NCBI GenBank assembly: GCA_023205875.1
Contig: CP060761.1
Coordinates: forward strand, 558,001-622,000
Direction: 5' to 3'
Origin: Chloropicon primus
Lineage: Eukaryota
Length of the DNA: 64,000 nt
The notes under the pieces were generated by a model. The model saw only the letters and a program-made list of their open reading frames with translations, made no database searches and was not told the origin of the DNA. Position numbers and translations under genes: made by a program. Shown in pieces: positions 24,127-36,066 of this stretch (positions are counted from its first letter, which is position 1; each line of letters opens with the position of its first letter).

Positions 24127-25365
24127 CGTATCACCTCTGGGGGCACCGTGCGTCGTCGTCGTCGAACTGGTACCGGTCCGCGGTCCGTGAACACGAACAC
24201 GCCGCTGGTGTAACGGATGTGGAAACCTCCTCAGCGATTGTTCCACAGCTCGATCGATCCAGAGATCAACCGCACAACGTGGAAACGTATCGACAACCTC
24301 CCCTACCCTTCCCTTAAAAAAAAAAGTCAGACCTTCTCGAGGCCACCACAGGTACCCGAGGACAAGGCCAAGCACCAAGAGCACGAGACACCTCGAGTGT
24401 TACGTCACCGCGCTCGCCCTCTTCGTAACGGCAATCGGTTACGAAGGAGTCCACGCAAGAGAAGCCTCGACCAGGACGGTTAACCCTTTGGCTCGCTCGT
24501 TCGTTCGTGCGCGAGAGAGAGAGAGCCAAAAGGGGAACGTGGCTCTCTGTGTCAGCACTCCTGTAGCAGGGGGACGCGTGTCGTCTTCCTCTTCGTCGTT
24601 GCGGAGGATGGCGCACAGCGCGGGACTCGAACCGTCGCAAGGGAAAAAGACCTCGGTCCGCGTACTCGACCACCTCCGGAAGGGAAACCGAAGAGAGGAA
24701 GCGTAATCGAAAGAAGCACCGTGTCGCGCTCTCTTGTGGCTTCTCTTTTTCCGTCTCGTCGATCTCTCTCTCTCTGCGTTTCTACGAACGACATTCTACC
24801 TAGATGTTTCCGAATGTCGTATTTGAACTCATAAATCCACTGAACTACTCTCCATATACTTTAAATTTGAAGTATTGATATTTCTATAACGTCAAAAATA
24901 AAATATGTTTTTGTTCACGTGGCAACATCAGCTAGCGGGTTTCAACAGGCATGGCAAAGTGAGTCATGACGTTGACGACTCGGTGAGTCAATCGCACGGC
25001 AGTCACGTTCATGGCCAGCGGCCATCGGAGGTCTGCGTAACCCCAGCAGACGTCTCCGTGTCTCCGTCTCCGTCTGTGAACAACGGTTAGGGAGGCTTTT
25101 CTTGGAGAGGACCAAGAAACGAGGATGGATGGATGGATGCATTGCCTCTTGCTCTTTCCAATGAGCCCTCACTCGCGCGCTTTTGCTCCCTAGAGAGAGA
25201 GAGAGAGAGGAAGAGATTGGGGTGATCAGGATGGTGATGCGAGGAGTCGAGCAGAGCAAGAGGGGGATTGAATGCATGGATGGATTAAAGCTCGTACAAG
25301 CACAAGTAAATAGGGACTGGGTCTTTTGGCGTGGTCGGTATGATCGTACAGCATACTGGTGAATG

Positions 25366-25769
25366 ATACCTTTACACACACACCACCTCACACACCTCAC
25401 AGACTTTTTCGTGGACGCCTCAACCACAGCCAAGGAGGTTGATCTTACTGACTTGGACTTGGACTTGGACTTGTCTTGGGCTTGATCCGCACATCCTCAT
25501 CCTCGCCATCGTCATCATCATCCTCGTCCTCGTCCTGGATGAAAAACGCTTCGGTTGTGTTGAGAAGTTTCGTCCATACCATACCTTTATACACACCACC
25601 ACCTCACACACCTCACAGACTTTTTCGTGGACGCCTCAACCACAGCCAAGGAGGTTGATCTTACTGACTTGGACTTGGACTTGGACTTGTCTTTGGGCTT
25701 GATCCGCACATCCTCATCCTCGCCATCGTCATCATCCTCCCGTCGTCCTCGTCCTCGTCCTGAAAAACG
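25366..25769. repeat. Tandem duplication, period 215 bp (25366-25548 / 25581-25769)
   Basis: ATACCTTTAYACACACCACC...GGAGGTTGATCTTACTGACTTGGACTTGG...GAAAAACG repeated nearly identically. Confidence 0.95.
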
Positions 25770-26101
25770 TGAACTTCTAGATGGCCAAAATTCTCGCCAG
25801 CCGACGAGGGGCGGAGGCAGACGAACCGTCGGTCGAGAGAGGGGGGGGACGTGACCTTCGTCTTCGTCTTCGTGACGACCGGGACGAAGGCCAGGAGGGA
25901 CACCTAAGAAGGGGCGGCAAGGCACAACACGAACACGAACTCCAACCGGTCGACCCTTTCGAAATTGCATTGCATTGCGGCAGAAAGCGACGCCACTCGT
26001 TTTCGACGACGACGACGAGGAGGTTGAATTGAATTGAATTGAATTGAATTGAATTGGCTTGGCTTGGCTTGGCTTGCGCCTGGTCCGCGCAACGAACAAC
26101 G

Positions 26102-27238
26102 ATGAGGCTCGTCGCGAAGCCGCTCAGCAGCAGCAGCAGAGGAGGAGGAGGAGGAGGAAACGCTCGTCAGGAGATTTTGTTTTTGGGCAATGGTCGTCGT
26201 CGTCGTGGCTGCTGCTGCTGCCCCGTGTTGGCGAGGAGGAGGTCCATGACGTCGTGCTCGGCGTCGGCCTCGAGGAAGAGGGCCGCGGCGGCGTCCGCGC
26301 CGGACGTGGCGGACCACGACGCGCTGACAGGTGTCCCGGAGGACGTGGTGACGGCGTCCAGAACCTACTCGTCTCACATCAAGTACGAGGTGCTGAAGGG
26401 GCCGCTCGTGGCGTTCAGCGAGAGCTCGAGCGTCGAGGTTCCGACCGCCGTGCTCGTGCACGGGATCCTGGGCTCCGGGAGGAACCTGCGCGGGTTCGCG
26501 AGGAAGCTGGCGAGGGAGAACCCGGCCTGGCAGTTTGTCCTGGTCGATCTGAGGTGCCACGGGGGCACCGCCGTGGCCGGCCTGACGTCCGACGCGGTGA
26601 ATTCCGTGGACGGGGCCTCGGAGGACGTGCTGCGCCTCCTCAAGAAGCTCAACCTCTTCCCCAAGATGCTGATCGGCCACTCGTTCGGGGGAAAGGTCGT
26701 GATGAAGATGGTGGACCAGTTCGGTTCCAAGGCCCTCCCGAGGCCGGTGCAGGTTTGGGTCCTGGACACCGTCCCCGGGGACGTGGAGCAGGATCCGGAT
26801 TGCAGGGACCACCCGGGGGACCTGATCGAGAGGCTCCTGAGGTTCCCCCTCCCCATCAGGTCTCCCAACGTTCTGGTGAAGGATCTCATGAGGGACGGCG
26901 TCTCGTTCGAGGTGGCTTCCTGGGTGGCGACGAACTTGTCCATGCACCCCTCGGGCTTGGGGTACTGCTGGACCTTCGATCTCCAGGGCATCAAGCAGAT
27001 GTACGAGTCGTACAAGAGCTCGGACCTGTGGAGCGTGGTGGAGTACCCGCCGCAGGGCCTGAGCATCGACTTTGTCAAGGCGGAGAGAAGCACCTTCAGG
27101 TGGGCCGGGGCGGATCACCACAGGATCGAGAGCACAGGGGCGAGCGTGCACGTGCTGAAGAACGCGGGGCACTGGGTTCACTCCGACAACCCGGACGGGC
27201 TGTTGAGGATCATGCAGTCGTCCTTCAGTGAGCCGTGA
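26102..27238 (+). CDS. Alpha/beta hydrolase, ABHD11-like
   Basis: HGILGSGRN, VDLRCHG, nucleophile GHSFGG and AGHWVHSDNP. Transit-like N-terminus. Confidence 0.9.
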   Translation: MRLVAKPLSSSSRGGGGGGNARQEILFLGNGRRRRGCCCCPVLARRRSMTSCSASASRKRAAAASAPDVADHDALTGVPEDVVTASRTYSSHIKYEVLKGPLVAFSESSSVEVPTAVLVHGILGSGRNLRGFARKLARENPAWQFVLVDLRCHGGTAVAGLTSDAVNSVDGASEDVLRLLKKLNLFPKMLIGHSFGGKVVMKMVDQFGSKALPRPVQVWVLDTVPGDVEQDPDCRDHPGDLIERLLRFPLPIRSPNVLVKDLMRDGVSFEVASWVATNLSMHPSGLGYCWTFDLQGIKQMYESYKSSDLWSVVEYPPQGLSIDFVKAERSTFRWAGADHHRIESTGASVHVLKNAGHWVHSDNPDGLLRIMQSSFSEP

Positions 27239-27313
27239 GCGCGGCGCCCGGAGGCAGGGGAGGCAGGGGAGGGGGTGAAGCACAACTAAGCTAACATATG
27301 TACAAGATTGATG

Positions 27314-27323
27314 TGTAATGTAA
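27314..27323 (+). terminator. Tandem TGTAA chlorophyte-type polyadenylation signals after the ABHD11-like gene
   Basis: TGTAATGTAA 76 nt after the stop. Minus-strand TGTAA also follows other genes (10223, 10243, 22725, 39242, 39965, 58271). Confidence 0.55.
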
Positions 27324-27396
27324 GGAACCAGGCAAGTCCTGAAGCCTGGAGGTTCCTAAAACCTACCTAGAAAAACGCTTTCTCTGTTCAAGGCGA

Positions 27397-27625
27397 GTTG
27401 ATCATACCAAAGTGCGCCTCGAGAGCTTTCCATTGATACCTTGGTCGACGGCATCGGCAAAGGATTGACCCGCCGAGATTGATTGATTCCTGACGAGGGA
27501 AGGGGAGGAGTGCAGCGCAATCAGCGAGGCATTTGACGACGAGGACGGGGGAGGAGTGAAGAGCAAGGTCGCCAGGCAGAACCTTCGTCTCGCGAGCTTT
27601 CGATTGGTGCCCTCTCTTGACGACT
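27397..27625. repeat. Inverted second copy of the 6430-6670 dispersed repeat, upstream of VIT1
   Basis: CCTTGGTCGACGGCATCGGCAAAGGATTGACCCGCCG and AATCAGCGAGGCATTTGACGACGAGGACGGGGGAGGAGTG are reverse complements of blocks in 6500-6630. Confidence 0.92.
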
Positions 27626-27686
27626 CTCCGACCCAACCATTCATCTCCCTGCTCCATCGAGACCAGACGACCGTAACGCACGCGTC

Positions 27687-28520
27687 ATGGAGGAGGGCGG
27701 TGGCACGAATGCGGCGCCGCTTCTGGGCGGGCATGCGGTGATGCGTCACCACGCTGGTTCGGCCGCGTTCGTGAACTCCCACGACGACTTGCAGAAGGGG
27801 ACGACGCGTGCGGCAGTCCTCGGCTGCTTGGATGGCCTGGTGTCGAACCTGTGCCTCATCCTGGGAGTGATGGCGCCCTGCCTCATGGGAAAGGAGTCGG
27901 ACAAGAAGGTTTTGCTGACGGGCCTCGCGGGAATCTTCGCGGGAGCCTTCAGCATGGCTGTGGGAGAGTGGCTCTCCATCACCGCGGAGAACGAGTATCT
28001 CCTGAAAGAGGTGGAGACGGAGAAGGCTCACATCAGCGAGCACAGGGACGAGGAGAACCAGGAGCTCATCGAGTACTTTGTGGAGCAGGGGCTGAGGCTG
28101 GAGACGGCAAACCTCGTGATTGCTGACCTGGAGGGCCACAGCGACTCGACCGCGAGGCTGCTGAACTTCCACACCAAGTTCCACCTTGGAATTGACCAGG
28201 AGGATCTCGGAGGGAGCGCGTGGACGGCGGCGGGCGTGTCCTTCCTCGCCTTCTCCGCGGGGGGGCTCATCCCCCTTTTGCCTTGGACGGTGCCCTGCTC
28301 CGCCACGCGTTGGGGCGACGGGGCCCCTGCTTGCCTGGAAACCAAGCTGGCCCTCACGATCGCCCTCTCCGCTCTCGCCATGTTCCTCGTCGGCTTCGTT
28401 CTCGCGAGGTCCACGCCCACGAACTCGTGGTACGGAGGGGCCAGGCACACGGCCTGCGGGTTGCTGGCCGCCGGGTCGACCTTTTGCATCGGTTACGGCA
28501 TCGGGTCCGCGGTGGGCTGA
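27687..28520 (+). CDS. VIT1/CCC1 vacuolar iron/manganese transporter
   Basis: RAAVLGCLDGLVSN, AGAFSMAVGEWLS and GGLIPLLP. Multiple TM helices. Confidence 0.92.
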   Translation: MEEGGGTNAAPLLGGHAVMRHHAGSAAFVNSHDDLQKGTTRAAVLGCLDGLVSNLCLILGVMAPCLMGKESDKKVLLTGLAGIFAGAFSMAVGEWLSITAENEYLLKEVETEKAHISEHRDEENQELIEYFVEQGLRLETANLVIADLEGHSDSTARLLNFHTKFHLGIDQEDLGGSAWTAAGVSFLAFSAGGLIPLLPWTVPCSATRWGDGAPACLETKLALTIALSALAMFLVGFVLARSTPTNSWYGGARHTACGLLAAGSTFCIGYGIGSAVG

Positions 28521-28670
28521 GGCGGCAAAACAATTTTGACAAAACAATTTTGACACACAAACCTCCAGTCGTCGAGGAATATACGATTAGAATACAAAAA
28601 AGCTCCCCTCCCCCTCCTCTCTCTCCCGCCCTCTCCACCATAATATTATGATTGCTATCCATTCCCTCCA

Positions 28671-30672
28671 TCACTTGTCGCCGAAGTCGGAGCAGAGCGA
28701 CTTGACGAGGGAGTTGCCGTTGATGAGCTTGGTCGTCATCACGATGAAGTTGCAGTTCAAGCCGCCCTGGGAGCTCATGAACCTCAACGCGCTGATCTCC
28801 GCGAACGTCACCCCGCCTATGAACACAACGAGGACGGTCTTCCTCCCATCCCCGCTGCCATCTTCGCTCTCCCCCTCGCCGAGCAGTCCCTCCTCCACCC
28901 GGGACTGCTCGTAGGAGAACTGAGGGCCGGGGATCATCTTGGCCGCCTCGTCGGAGCCGAGACCCCCAGGCTTGAGGGCAGCATCCACAAGCCTGCAGCT
29001 GAGGGGGGCGTAGCCAGAGTACACGTAAGAGATGTCGGTCGGGGCGGTGTCGTCCACCTCGTCGACCACCAACCGGAAAGCCTTTTTCACTTGAGGGAAA
29101 GTGTTCCTGCCGCCCTCGTACTTTTTGATGAGCCCCGAATGCTGAATCGACTGCAAGGTGGAGAGGTTGTCGTACCCGTACAAGTGCAGGAGGCCCCACC
29201 TCAGCGTGTCGTAGTACTTTTTCGGAACGCCGCTGTTGACGAGGGACACGAGGGCAATGAGCCTCAGGACCGACTCCATGCTAGCCTTTTGGCCGAACAT
29301 TAGCTCTTCCGCGTACTCGCATGCGCTGTCGATTCCTCTGCCGTCAAGGAGGTCCTGCTCGCACCTCAGGCGCTTCAAGAAGCGTTCGTCCATCGCGGAC
29401 CTCTCCTGGATCAAGCTGGCGAGCTCCGTGTGCCTGTCCAGCACCGGCATGATGTTCAGCTGCTTCACGAACTGGTGCACCTCGCTGAAGGTTCTGCTGT
29501 TGATCTCCTTGTACTCTTCCCTCATGTGCATCGTCTTGTTCCTGAGCTTGGGTCCCACGCTCCCAAAGTTCAGGTCCCTCAACTCCCTGAAGAGGACGTC
29601 GCTCGAATTCAGTGGCACCTTCTTCCCCCTTCTGGCCGACTGCTGCTGCTGCTGCTCCTGGTCCTGGGAGATCACGGGCACCTCGACCAGGCCGTTGTTA
29701 ATTCCGAGCATCTCGTCAATGAGGCCCTCGTACGTCAGCTGGGTGCACATCGGCGACAGCAGGTCCACGCTCCGGTCCAGCAGCACGAGGGTATCAATCT
29801 GGTGACCGCCTTCAGACACGGATGCCGCCTCGCCGCTTGCACTCACGAGATCGTTCTCCAACGCAAGCCTCTGTATCAGATTCGAAACCACCTTGGAGCT
29901 CTCCCCCTTCCCTCTGACCTTTGGTATCAGCCCGCAAACCTTCTGCAGCTGCACGATCGCGCTCGCCACGTCGTACAGCGAGCTGAAGTCCTTCTCCACG
30001 TTCACCTCGTTGAAAACAGAGTTCAGCTCCAGGGACAGGACATCCTCGTCGAATGGGATCAGCCACAGCGGGAACTCGTCCACCTGCAGGGATCCCAGCA
30101 CTCCACAGTCCTCCAAGATCCTTTCACATATCACAGTCTTCCGAGGGGTGAAGTAGATGCTGAAATGAATGGTCGCCGTGTCCTTCCTCTTCGACATCCT
30201 CTCCTCCGCCTCGATGATCTGCTCACTTATCAGACGCATGTTCCCTATCGTTGGCCGAACCAAGTACACAACCTCCTTCATGCTCCCTGCCATCAGCAAC
30301 CACCACCATGCGCATGCCATCAAAGAGAGACAGAGACAGAGACAGAGACAGAGAAGAGAGACAGAAGAGAGCAAAGAGAGTGTGAGCGGATGCCACGGCG
30401 ATGCGGTGCGCGTTACCCGCGGAAGGTATTCCATCCTCACCATCGTCCACCTTGAGTCCCGGCTCGAGATGAAAGAGTTTCTCGACGCCATGCTCCTTGA
30501 GCACACCGATGTTCGCCACTAGGGCAAGTGGACCAGACACCGTCTTGTCGAGAACGAGGACCTTCCGTCCAGGTCTACGATCGAGCAAGCTGATTAGCGT
30601 CCGCTGAGCTTGCGAACGAATGTCTTCCAAGGGAAGAACACTTCCCGCAAGCGAAGGCTGAACTCCTGACAT
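28671..30672 (-). CDS. VPS33: Vacuolar protein sorting 33, Sec1/Munc18 family (exons 30672-30417, 30286-28671)
   Basis: LKEHGVEK, VYLVRP, LLDRSVDLLSPMCTQLTYEGLIDE, ELRDLNF, DISYVYSGYAPLS and FIGGVTFAEISALR. Confidence 0.95.
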
Positions 30673-30720
30673 CCTCCTTCGCCGCTTCCTCCTTCGCCGC
30701 TTCGCTCCTGTGTTTTGAGA

Positions 30721-31068
30721 TCAGCAGCAGCAGCAGAGCAGGTTTCCTCGAGGAGGCGCAAGGCATAGAGGTGAGGGCGAGGGTGATGACCAACCGGAGG
30801 GAGGGAGGGATGCGTAGGAGGGGTCCTCCCTCTCCTTGGGGTCCTCCTGTGTCGCTTCGAACGCCGAGGAGGAACATCTCGTCCACGGAAGCTCAGAAGC
30901 TCAGCAGCAGAGCAGGTTTCCTCGAGGAGGAGGAGCAAGGCATGGAGGTGAGGGCGAGGGTGATGACCAACCGGAGGGAGGGAGGGATGCGTAGGAGGGA
31001 TCCTCCCTCTCCTTGGGGTCCTCCTGCTTCGCTTCGAACGCCGAGGAGGAAGGTCTCGTCCACGGAAG
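30721..31068. repeat. Tandem duplication, period 180 bp, covering the start/transit peptide of the downstream gene
   Basis: CAGCAGCAGAGCAGGTTTCCTCGAGGAGG...TCTCGTCCACGGAAG twice. ATA in copy 1 versus ATG in copy 2. Confidence 0.95.
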
Positions 31069-32358
31069 GAAGGTGCTCGGGCATGAGGATGCTGAAGTTG
31101 TGTAACGGAAGCGCACCAGCAGCAGGATGCCAAGGCAAGAGGAGGAGGGAAATCCGCAGAACAGAGAGTGCATCGTTGTTGGCAAGGTGCAGGCCTCTCA
31201 GGACGGTTACCAAGTCAAGCAGCAGCAGGAGAAGCGACTGTGTTTTGTGGAATACCTTTGAGGAGCATGCTGCGGGGGAGTGGACTGGAAGGCTCGCCGA
31301 GTTCGACTCCGATGGAAACCCTGTTGAGTTGGGTCATTTGTACTTGCCAGAAGCATACAGGGAGTGGGGGAGGAGTCTGTACGACTGGCAGATCCATGTG
31401 GTGACCGAGGCTGGGAGGGAAACCGCAGGTAAACTTTCGGATGGCAGAGGGCTGGACCACATGACGAGGAGGCTGGTGCCGGCGGATACTTGCGAGTGCT
31501 TCGACCTGGAGGTCCTGGAGGAGTCCACGATGATGCTGAAAACGGACGAGGAGAACGAGGGGGAGGATAAGACTGTGCTGAGTGACGGGTCGTATTCCGC
31601 AGGGACGAGGAGGCTCTGTGCTGCGCAGAATCCTACAACGGTGCTGGAGACGAGCCTGCAAGCGAGCCGGGCGAGGAGAAACAGAATCCGCATCCATCTC
31701 AAGCACTCCTCTGACAAGGGTATGTTGGCTTTGGCCTTAGCGTCTAACTCTTCTTCGGTGTTCTGACCTCGAAAGCTCCTTCTTCTTCGGAAACCAGGCG
31801 AGTGGGTCGTCGCCAAGGTCGAGGTAACGGATGAGAAGAGGTTCGAGAGAGATCCCGACCAGCGGGGGTGGAAAGCGGACCCCCTGGAACAGGTATTGGA
31901 CCAGGAGATGGAGATGGGAACGAAGGGGTAAGCGGACCAGCCACGGATCTCGTGCCAGACCAAGCAACTTTGTCTCTCTCTCTCTTTCTGATCGACTGGC
32001 CTGACCGCGTCCTTTCGCTCTGCCTTGCAGGTGGTTTCCGCCGCAGGACGAAGAGGTGTGGTCGGAATTCAGGGGAATGGAATTCGGTCTCGAGCTTGAC
32101 GACTCTCCCCAGGGTGGGAGCTTCAGGGCCAAGTCCGCCCAAGAAAAGATCTTCTCCCTTTTGGCGCCAGTAGCAGGAGAAGGTAGGATTCGACTCCCCC
32201 TGGGCTGCTGGGTTGACGTGACCGTCGACGCCGCGAAGCTTATCTTCGAGGCAGGCGTCCGCCTTGGGACGAGGAGGAAATTTGTGCAGAGACAGTATGA
32301 CAAGGGCACCGGCTACCTGACCAGGCTCATCATTGGTGCGCAAACTCGACTCAAGTAG
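30942..32358 (+). CDS. Uncharacterised plant/algal-type protein, probably plastid-targeted (exons 30942-31719, 31798-31927, 32031-32358)
   Basis: GEWTG...G.PVEL...LPEAYREWG...YDWQ motif, recalled from conserved plant hypotheticals. Two GT-AG introns keep the frame. Confidence 0.7.
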
Positions 32359-32434
32359 CAGAGAGTTTTGTTGTATTGGATCGGATGCAATGTTGTACAT
32401 GAATATATATGACAGGAATTTTTGTTGTTCACAA

Positions 32435-34935
32435 TCAGTGCCCCTCAAAGAGCTGCAGCTCGATCTGCTTTCTCACGAGCTGCTCCTCCCACATGAGCGG
32501 GAACAGCCTCTTCCAGTACGCTTGGCCCGACGCAGTAACGTACTCGTCCAAGGCCTTTGCGCATTTCATGTACCCGGGCATAATGTAAGACTCGAGATTT
32601 GACTTTAGAGTCTGTCTGAGCTCGGGATCCGGCAAAAACCACGTTCGCTGGGTCCTGTACCTGACTTTCCAAGTGTTCTGGAATTGCTTCAGCAGTTGCT
32701 TGAGCTGCTTCTCGCTTTCTGCGACCTCCTTGGCATTGTGCAGGTGCTGGTGCTTTGCCAACTTCTCATCGATCATATCGAGCCACTCCACGCTGAGCCG
32801 CCACGACGCGTGGAGGTAAGAGTTCTTGTGCCTCTGCACATTCTCCTTCATCTCTTTGAAGAAGCCTGCGTTCTCCAACGCTTTGCTGTGCTGGAAAGTC
32901 TTCGCACTCTTCAGGATGTAGTTGGCATTGTTCAGCATGAAAAGGTCCACGAAGAACTGCATGTCCTGCTCCCCGATCGACTGCTTCTTGCCGGAGAGGG
33001 ACAACCTCTGGACTTTGATCTTGAGGTTCTTGAGCAGGGTGTTCAAGAGCTTGGCGATCGTCTTGCCCATCACGTCATCGTTTCCCAAAACATTCGTCGC
33101 GCCGGTCGCCCTTCGGTTCAAGACCGTGCTGGCATTGGGGTATTGCTGCAGCCTCCTGCAGTACTGGATGAGGTAGGCCGTGAGGGGATGGATCGTCGCG
33201 TTTTCTGGGATGCTGCTTTGGCTCTCAAACGATGACTCCGCGTTGTTCATGAGCATCCGGAAGCCCTTGGAGGGCGTCCACTTGAGGCTCGGGACCTTCT
33301 TCTTGCTTGGCGTGCTGCTCATGCTGCTGCTTGATTTGCTTTTGGAGTGGCCCACATCGTCCCTCTCCACCGCGTTCGTGAATTCCCTGTACGTGTCCCT
33401 CACGGAGTTCATCAGCAGCATGTACATCTCCTGCATCTTACTGGCAAGCTGCCCGGCAACTCCGGGGACGGCGACCATGTCCGTAAGAGTCTCCGTCAAG
33501 GCCTTCTCCTTGTCCCAGGCGTTGAGCATGTCCAGCAAGGCGAAGACCTTCTCAGGAGACTTTCTCGACCTTGCGATGCCCGTGGCATGACTCACCATGG
33601 TGTCGAAGTTGCCCTTGAGCACCATGGCGAAGGCGGTGCTGCAGTCCCTCTCGTCCATGAAGATCTTCCTCGCAAAGCTCCTCTCCGGCATCACGTGGGC
33701 CAGCGTGCAATCCAAGTACTGGATCCAGAACTTGACGTGCCTCTGAATTCCCTCCCAGTGCATGTGCTGAAGGTCTTCCGCACTCGTCTCCAGCAGCCTC
33801 TTCAGGGCCTCCTCGTCGCTCTCCAGCGCGCCTTCCTGGTCCTCGGTCCCCAGTGACCTGCCCAACGACGCGATCATCACCTTGCCGATCTTCTCCTTCA
33901 TCGACGTCGAACGGACGTCCGCGTACGATGTGAACAGACTCTCCGAGACGCTCCTGGTGTGGTCGACCCGATGCATGAGAATGGTGCCAGCAAGCATGTT
34001 AAGCAGTCTCAGCTCCCTCTTCCGCCGCTCCAAGAGATACGAAACCTCGTGGCTTCCCGAGAACTCGTCCGGCAATGCGGGAACGTCCTGCTGCTGGGTC
34101 TGCCGACGGTGCGTGATGGCATCCTGCCTCAGTTCCAGAGTGAGGTGAAGGTCGTTCTGCCTCGTCGCGGAATGGATACACTGCTCGATCTGGGAGATGA
34201 ACATCAATCTGTTACTGAACTCAACCTCGCAGTGCGTCAGGGCCATCACAAGAGAGTCTCTCGTTCGAGACCTTTCCCTCGTGCCACGCGGCGAGTCTAT
34301 CCCTCCAAAATGAGAATCCAAAAACCTCAGGCTCGTCTCCAGCTTTCCCACAGCCGAGAGGTAATCCTTCACTTTCTCGGTGTCATTCACGTCCTCCTCA
34401 AGCTTCTCCACATTGTTCTCCCGAAGTCCCTCCTCCACAACATCAATGGTGCTGCAACGCGGCAAGCCTTGGTCAATATAATGCTGAAGCTTCCTGCTCG
34501 CTTCTATCTGCTCCACAGTCTCCGCCGTCGTCCTCAGAGACTGCAGCAGCAAAAGCAAAAGCAAAGCAACACACAGAGAGAGACAGAGACAGAGAGAAGG
34601 AAACCAGCAGCAGGTGTCAGGGGTGTCCTCTTGTTCCTGTCCATGGGATGAAGGTACCTTCACTTGAAGGTTTGCCTCACCTTTTCTATGTTTGCCAAGC
34701 CCCTGCTCAGGCCCTCCGTAGCATCCTTCACCGGCCGAAGGGCATAGTCGATGTTCTTGGCAAGGAGAGAGAGCTCGTCCAAGGCAGTCACTGCATTCCT
34801 CTTTATATCTCCCACTTGGTTCACTTGCTTCTCCATCAAGATAATTTGGTTTCTTATCAGGTCATAGCTCGTACTGAAAGGACTGGACGGCACAGAGCTC
34901 GCCTCCGGCCCAAAGGTCGATCCTTTCCCTCTCAT
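32435..34935 (-). CDS. EXO70: Exocyst subunit Exo70 (exons 34935-34681, 34540-32435)
   Basis: SPEKVFALLDM, IHPLTAYLIQY, LFMLNNANYI and WFLPDPELRQTL. The intron joins ANIEK-SLRTT. Confidence 0.9.
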
Positions 34936-35469
34936 AATAAGCTCCCTACCAAGCTCCTCACTTGCTCCTCACGGTAGTCCAACTTTGTCCAACCACTTTG
35001 CTCTTCCTCAACTTCCACAAAACGTTGGTGCTTGGTGCTCCCCCGAGAGAGAGAGACCACAGGAGAAGCTTAGAGCGCTGCTGGTTTGTGGATTGAGGGA
35101 TACGTTCCAGGCAGGTACTCCCCTTGCCCCCCCTTGGTACTGGCCTTGGCCTTCCAGTCCTTCTCCTCCTCCAAGGCTCGTCCAAGGCCAACCCTCTTGT
35201 GAAGTGACCAGGAGAAGCCAACACGTTCTGACGAGAGAGGCAACGATGAGAATGAGAAGGGCAACGGAGGACGAGGAGGACGAGGAGGGGGGGGGCATCG
35301 CCAGGCATGGAGTTGGAAGGAGGATCTCTGCCTCTTTCGACGGACCACTCACTTCTCGAAGGAACAAGTTCGAAGACTCTGTCTCTGTGTGTGCCTTTCG
35401 TTGGGGGAGACCTCTCCTGCTCTGCGAGGAACAAAACACGGAAAGAAACAGAAAAACGAAATGGTACAA

Positions 35470-36066
35470 TTACGATGTCTGGTACACGTCCTCCTTGAGC
35501 ACCCCGACGTAAGGCAGAGTCCGATACTTCTCGCCGTAATCCATGCCGTAGCCTATCACAAAGGCATCAGGACACTCGAACCCGACGTAGCCTAGCTCCA
35601 AGTCTGGCACAGTCCTGCGGCACTTCTTGTCCAAGAACGTCGCAACTGTCACAGACTTCGCACCGAGACCCTTCAGTGCCCCCAGCATTGCCTTGAGAGT
35701 GTTCCCCGTGTCCACTATGTCCTCCACGAGGACGACGTGCCTCCCCCGGATGAGTTCGCCCTCGTCCTCGCCGCCCAAAAAAGTCAGCTTGACGCTCTGG
35801 TTTGACTCGCACGTGTTCCCCTCGTAGCTCCTCGCCTTGGCGAAGTGCACCTCGCATCCATCCGGCACGGGATCGATCTCCTTGCACAAGTCAGAGAAAA
35901 ACATGAAGCATCCCTTGAGGATCCCGACGATCAGAGGCCTCTTCCCCTTGAAGTCCTCCGCTATCTCCTTCCCTAACGCAGAAACTCTCTTGGAGATGGC
36001 ATCCCTCGAGTACAGGACATCCGCTACGTCCTTGTTCAAACCGTTCCCTCCCCCCTTCCCCTCCAT
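35470..36066 (-). CDS. HPRT: Hypoxanthine-guanine phosphoribosyltransferase
   Basis: GILKGCFMF, PRPP loop VVLVEDIVDTGNTL and FVIGYGMDY...YRTLP. Confidence 0.95.
   Translation of the reverse strand: MEGKGGGNGLNKDVADVLYSRDAISKRVSALGKEIAEDFKGKRPLIVGILKGCFMFFSDLCKEIDPVPDGCEVHFAKARSYEGNTCESNQSVKLTFLGGEDEGELIRGRHVVLVEDIVDTGNTLKAMLGALKGLGAKSVTVATFLDKKCRRTVPDLELGYVGFECPDAFVIGYGMDYGEKYRTLPYVGVLKEDVYQTS

Noticed and set aside
26025..26075. (GAATT)n/(GGCTT)n and other pentamer or hexamer tracts as telomere or centromere repeats
   Set aside because: Short microsatellites in UTR or promoter positions. No TTTAGGG/TTAGGG arrays.
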